This document shows positions 63,355-64,000 of a stretch of DNA of 64,000 bases, one piece after another. Source of the DNA: Flectonema sp. DT1601. Its lineage: Eukaryota. The stretch's first letter is position 1. The number at the start of each line of letters is the position of its first letter. The notes below the pieces were generated by a model. That model had not been told where the DNA came from. It searched no databases and worked only from the letters and a program-made list of their open reading frames with translations. A program made the translations under genes and the position numbers. The DNA lies in contig OZ025799.1 of NCBI GenBank assembly GCA_964019425.1, forward strand, positions 496,001 to 560,000, written 5' to 3'.

Positions 63355-63655
63355 CTGTCTTCACAATGATCTTGATGAAAAAAAAAAAAAAAAAAAAAAA
63401 AAAAAACAACACAAAAAGAAAAACCACATACTTCTGTAACCTATTTCCAAAGTGCAATTCTGTACTACCATAGATCGATTATGAAATACACATCGTACTG
63501 CTTGCGTTTTATAAATTATTTTAACAGGAGAAAGTTGTTAAGACAAAATGAAAATATCAAACGTGGAGTATGCGAACTCAACACCCAACAGAGTCAGACA
63601 GGACAACTGTTTGTATTATATTCCACTTATTTATCAGTTACTCAACGCAACAAAT

Positions 63656-64000
63656 ATGAGCGTACGGAGTTCCTCAACAGTCAGCATCCCAGCGTTTAAC
63701 GTGGGTGACATATTTGATGGAAGGCTACCATTGCCTCCAACTGCGATAGTGTTTCCGGAGAAGGGGTTAAATGTCCCTCCTCCTACAAGACCTGGAGGGA
63801 TGCAGCAAAATGCAGAAGCAGTATTGAGAGCCGCTGTAACTGCAAATCAAAATCAAGAAAAGAATATGACCACTGGAAATGCTCAGCAAGCTGCTGCTAT
63901 GCAAGTTGCGCAGTTGGTGAGTGGTTCTCCACCACAGACGCCACTTGCGCCTCAGGTGTCGGTCGCTGCGTTTTCATCTACTGCAGAACAACAGCAACCG
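63656..64000 (+). CDS. 5' part of a Pro/Gln/Ala-rich protein, truncated by the window end
   Basis: ATG at 63656 opens 115 stop-free codons to the end (MSVRSSSTVSIPAFNVGDIFDGRLPLPP...). Confidence 0.7.
   Translation, partial: MSVRSSSTVSIPAFNVGDIFDGRLPLPPTAIVFPEKGLNVPPPTRPGGMQQNAEAVLRAAVTANQNQEKNMTTGNAQQAAAMQVAQLVSGSPPQTPLAPQVSVAAFSSTAEQQQP

Overview
Eukaryotic, AT-rich, homopolymer-rich DNA, most likely a euglenozoan protist (diplonemid-like). That assignment is inferred from one-strand gene clustering, a kinetoplastid-type LRR domain and a TATE/VIPER-like reverse transcriptase relic occurring together with cis GT-AG introns. Positions 1 to ~26.2 kb are a nested repeat block. It holds a palindrome-rich ~100/120-bp dimeric satellite carried inside a head-satellite-tail unit, a ~1.36-kb tandem unit, several TIR elements (two carrying tRNA-like sequences), a ~3-kb inverted duplication and a dead DIRS-order RT. 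Positions ~27.4-64 kb hold nine protein genes, all on the + strand: pseudo-nicotinamidase fused to a putative permuted PARG-like macrodomain, Vps33, a TM-Cache-HAMP-pseudocyclase-kinase receptor, a PDZ protein, an ankyrin protein, a globin-PH-CAP-Gly-AGC kinase, an LRR protein, a UBL-IQ-pseudophosphatase-ankyrin protein and a truncated last gene, with MITEs between them. The most striking items are the globin-coupled Akt-like kinase, the A-tract (not pyrimidine-tract) 3' ends of all seven predicted cis-introns, and compensatory base changes in the satellite dyads. All domain calls are by eye from motifs; no database search was run.
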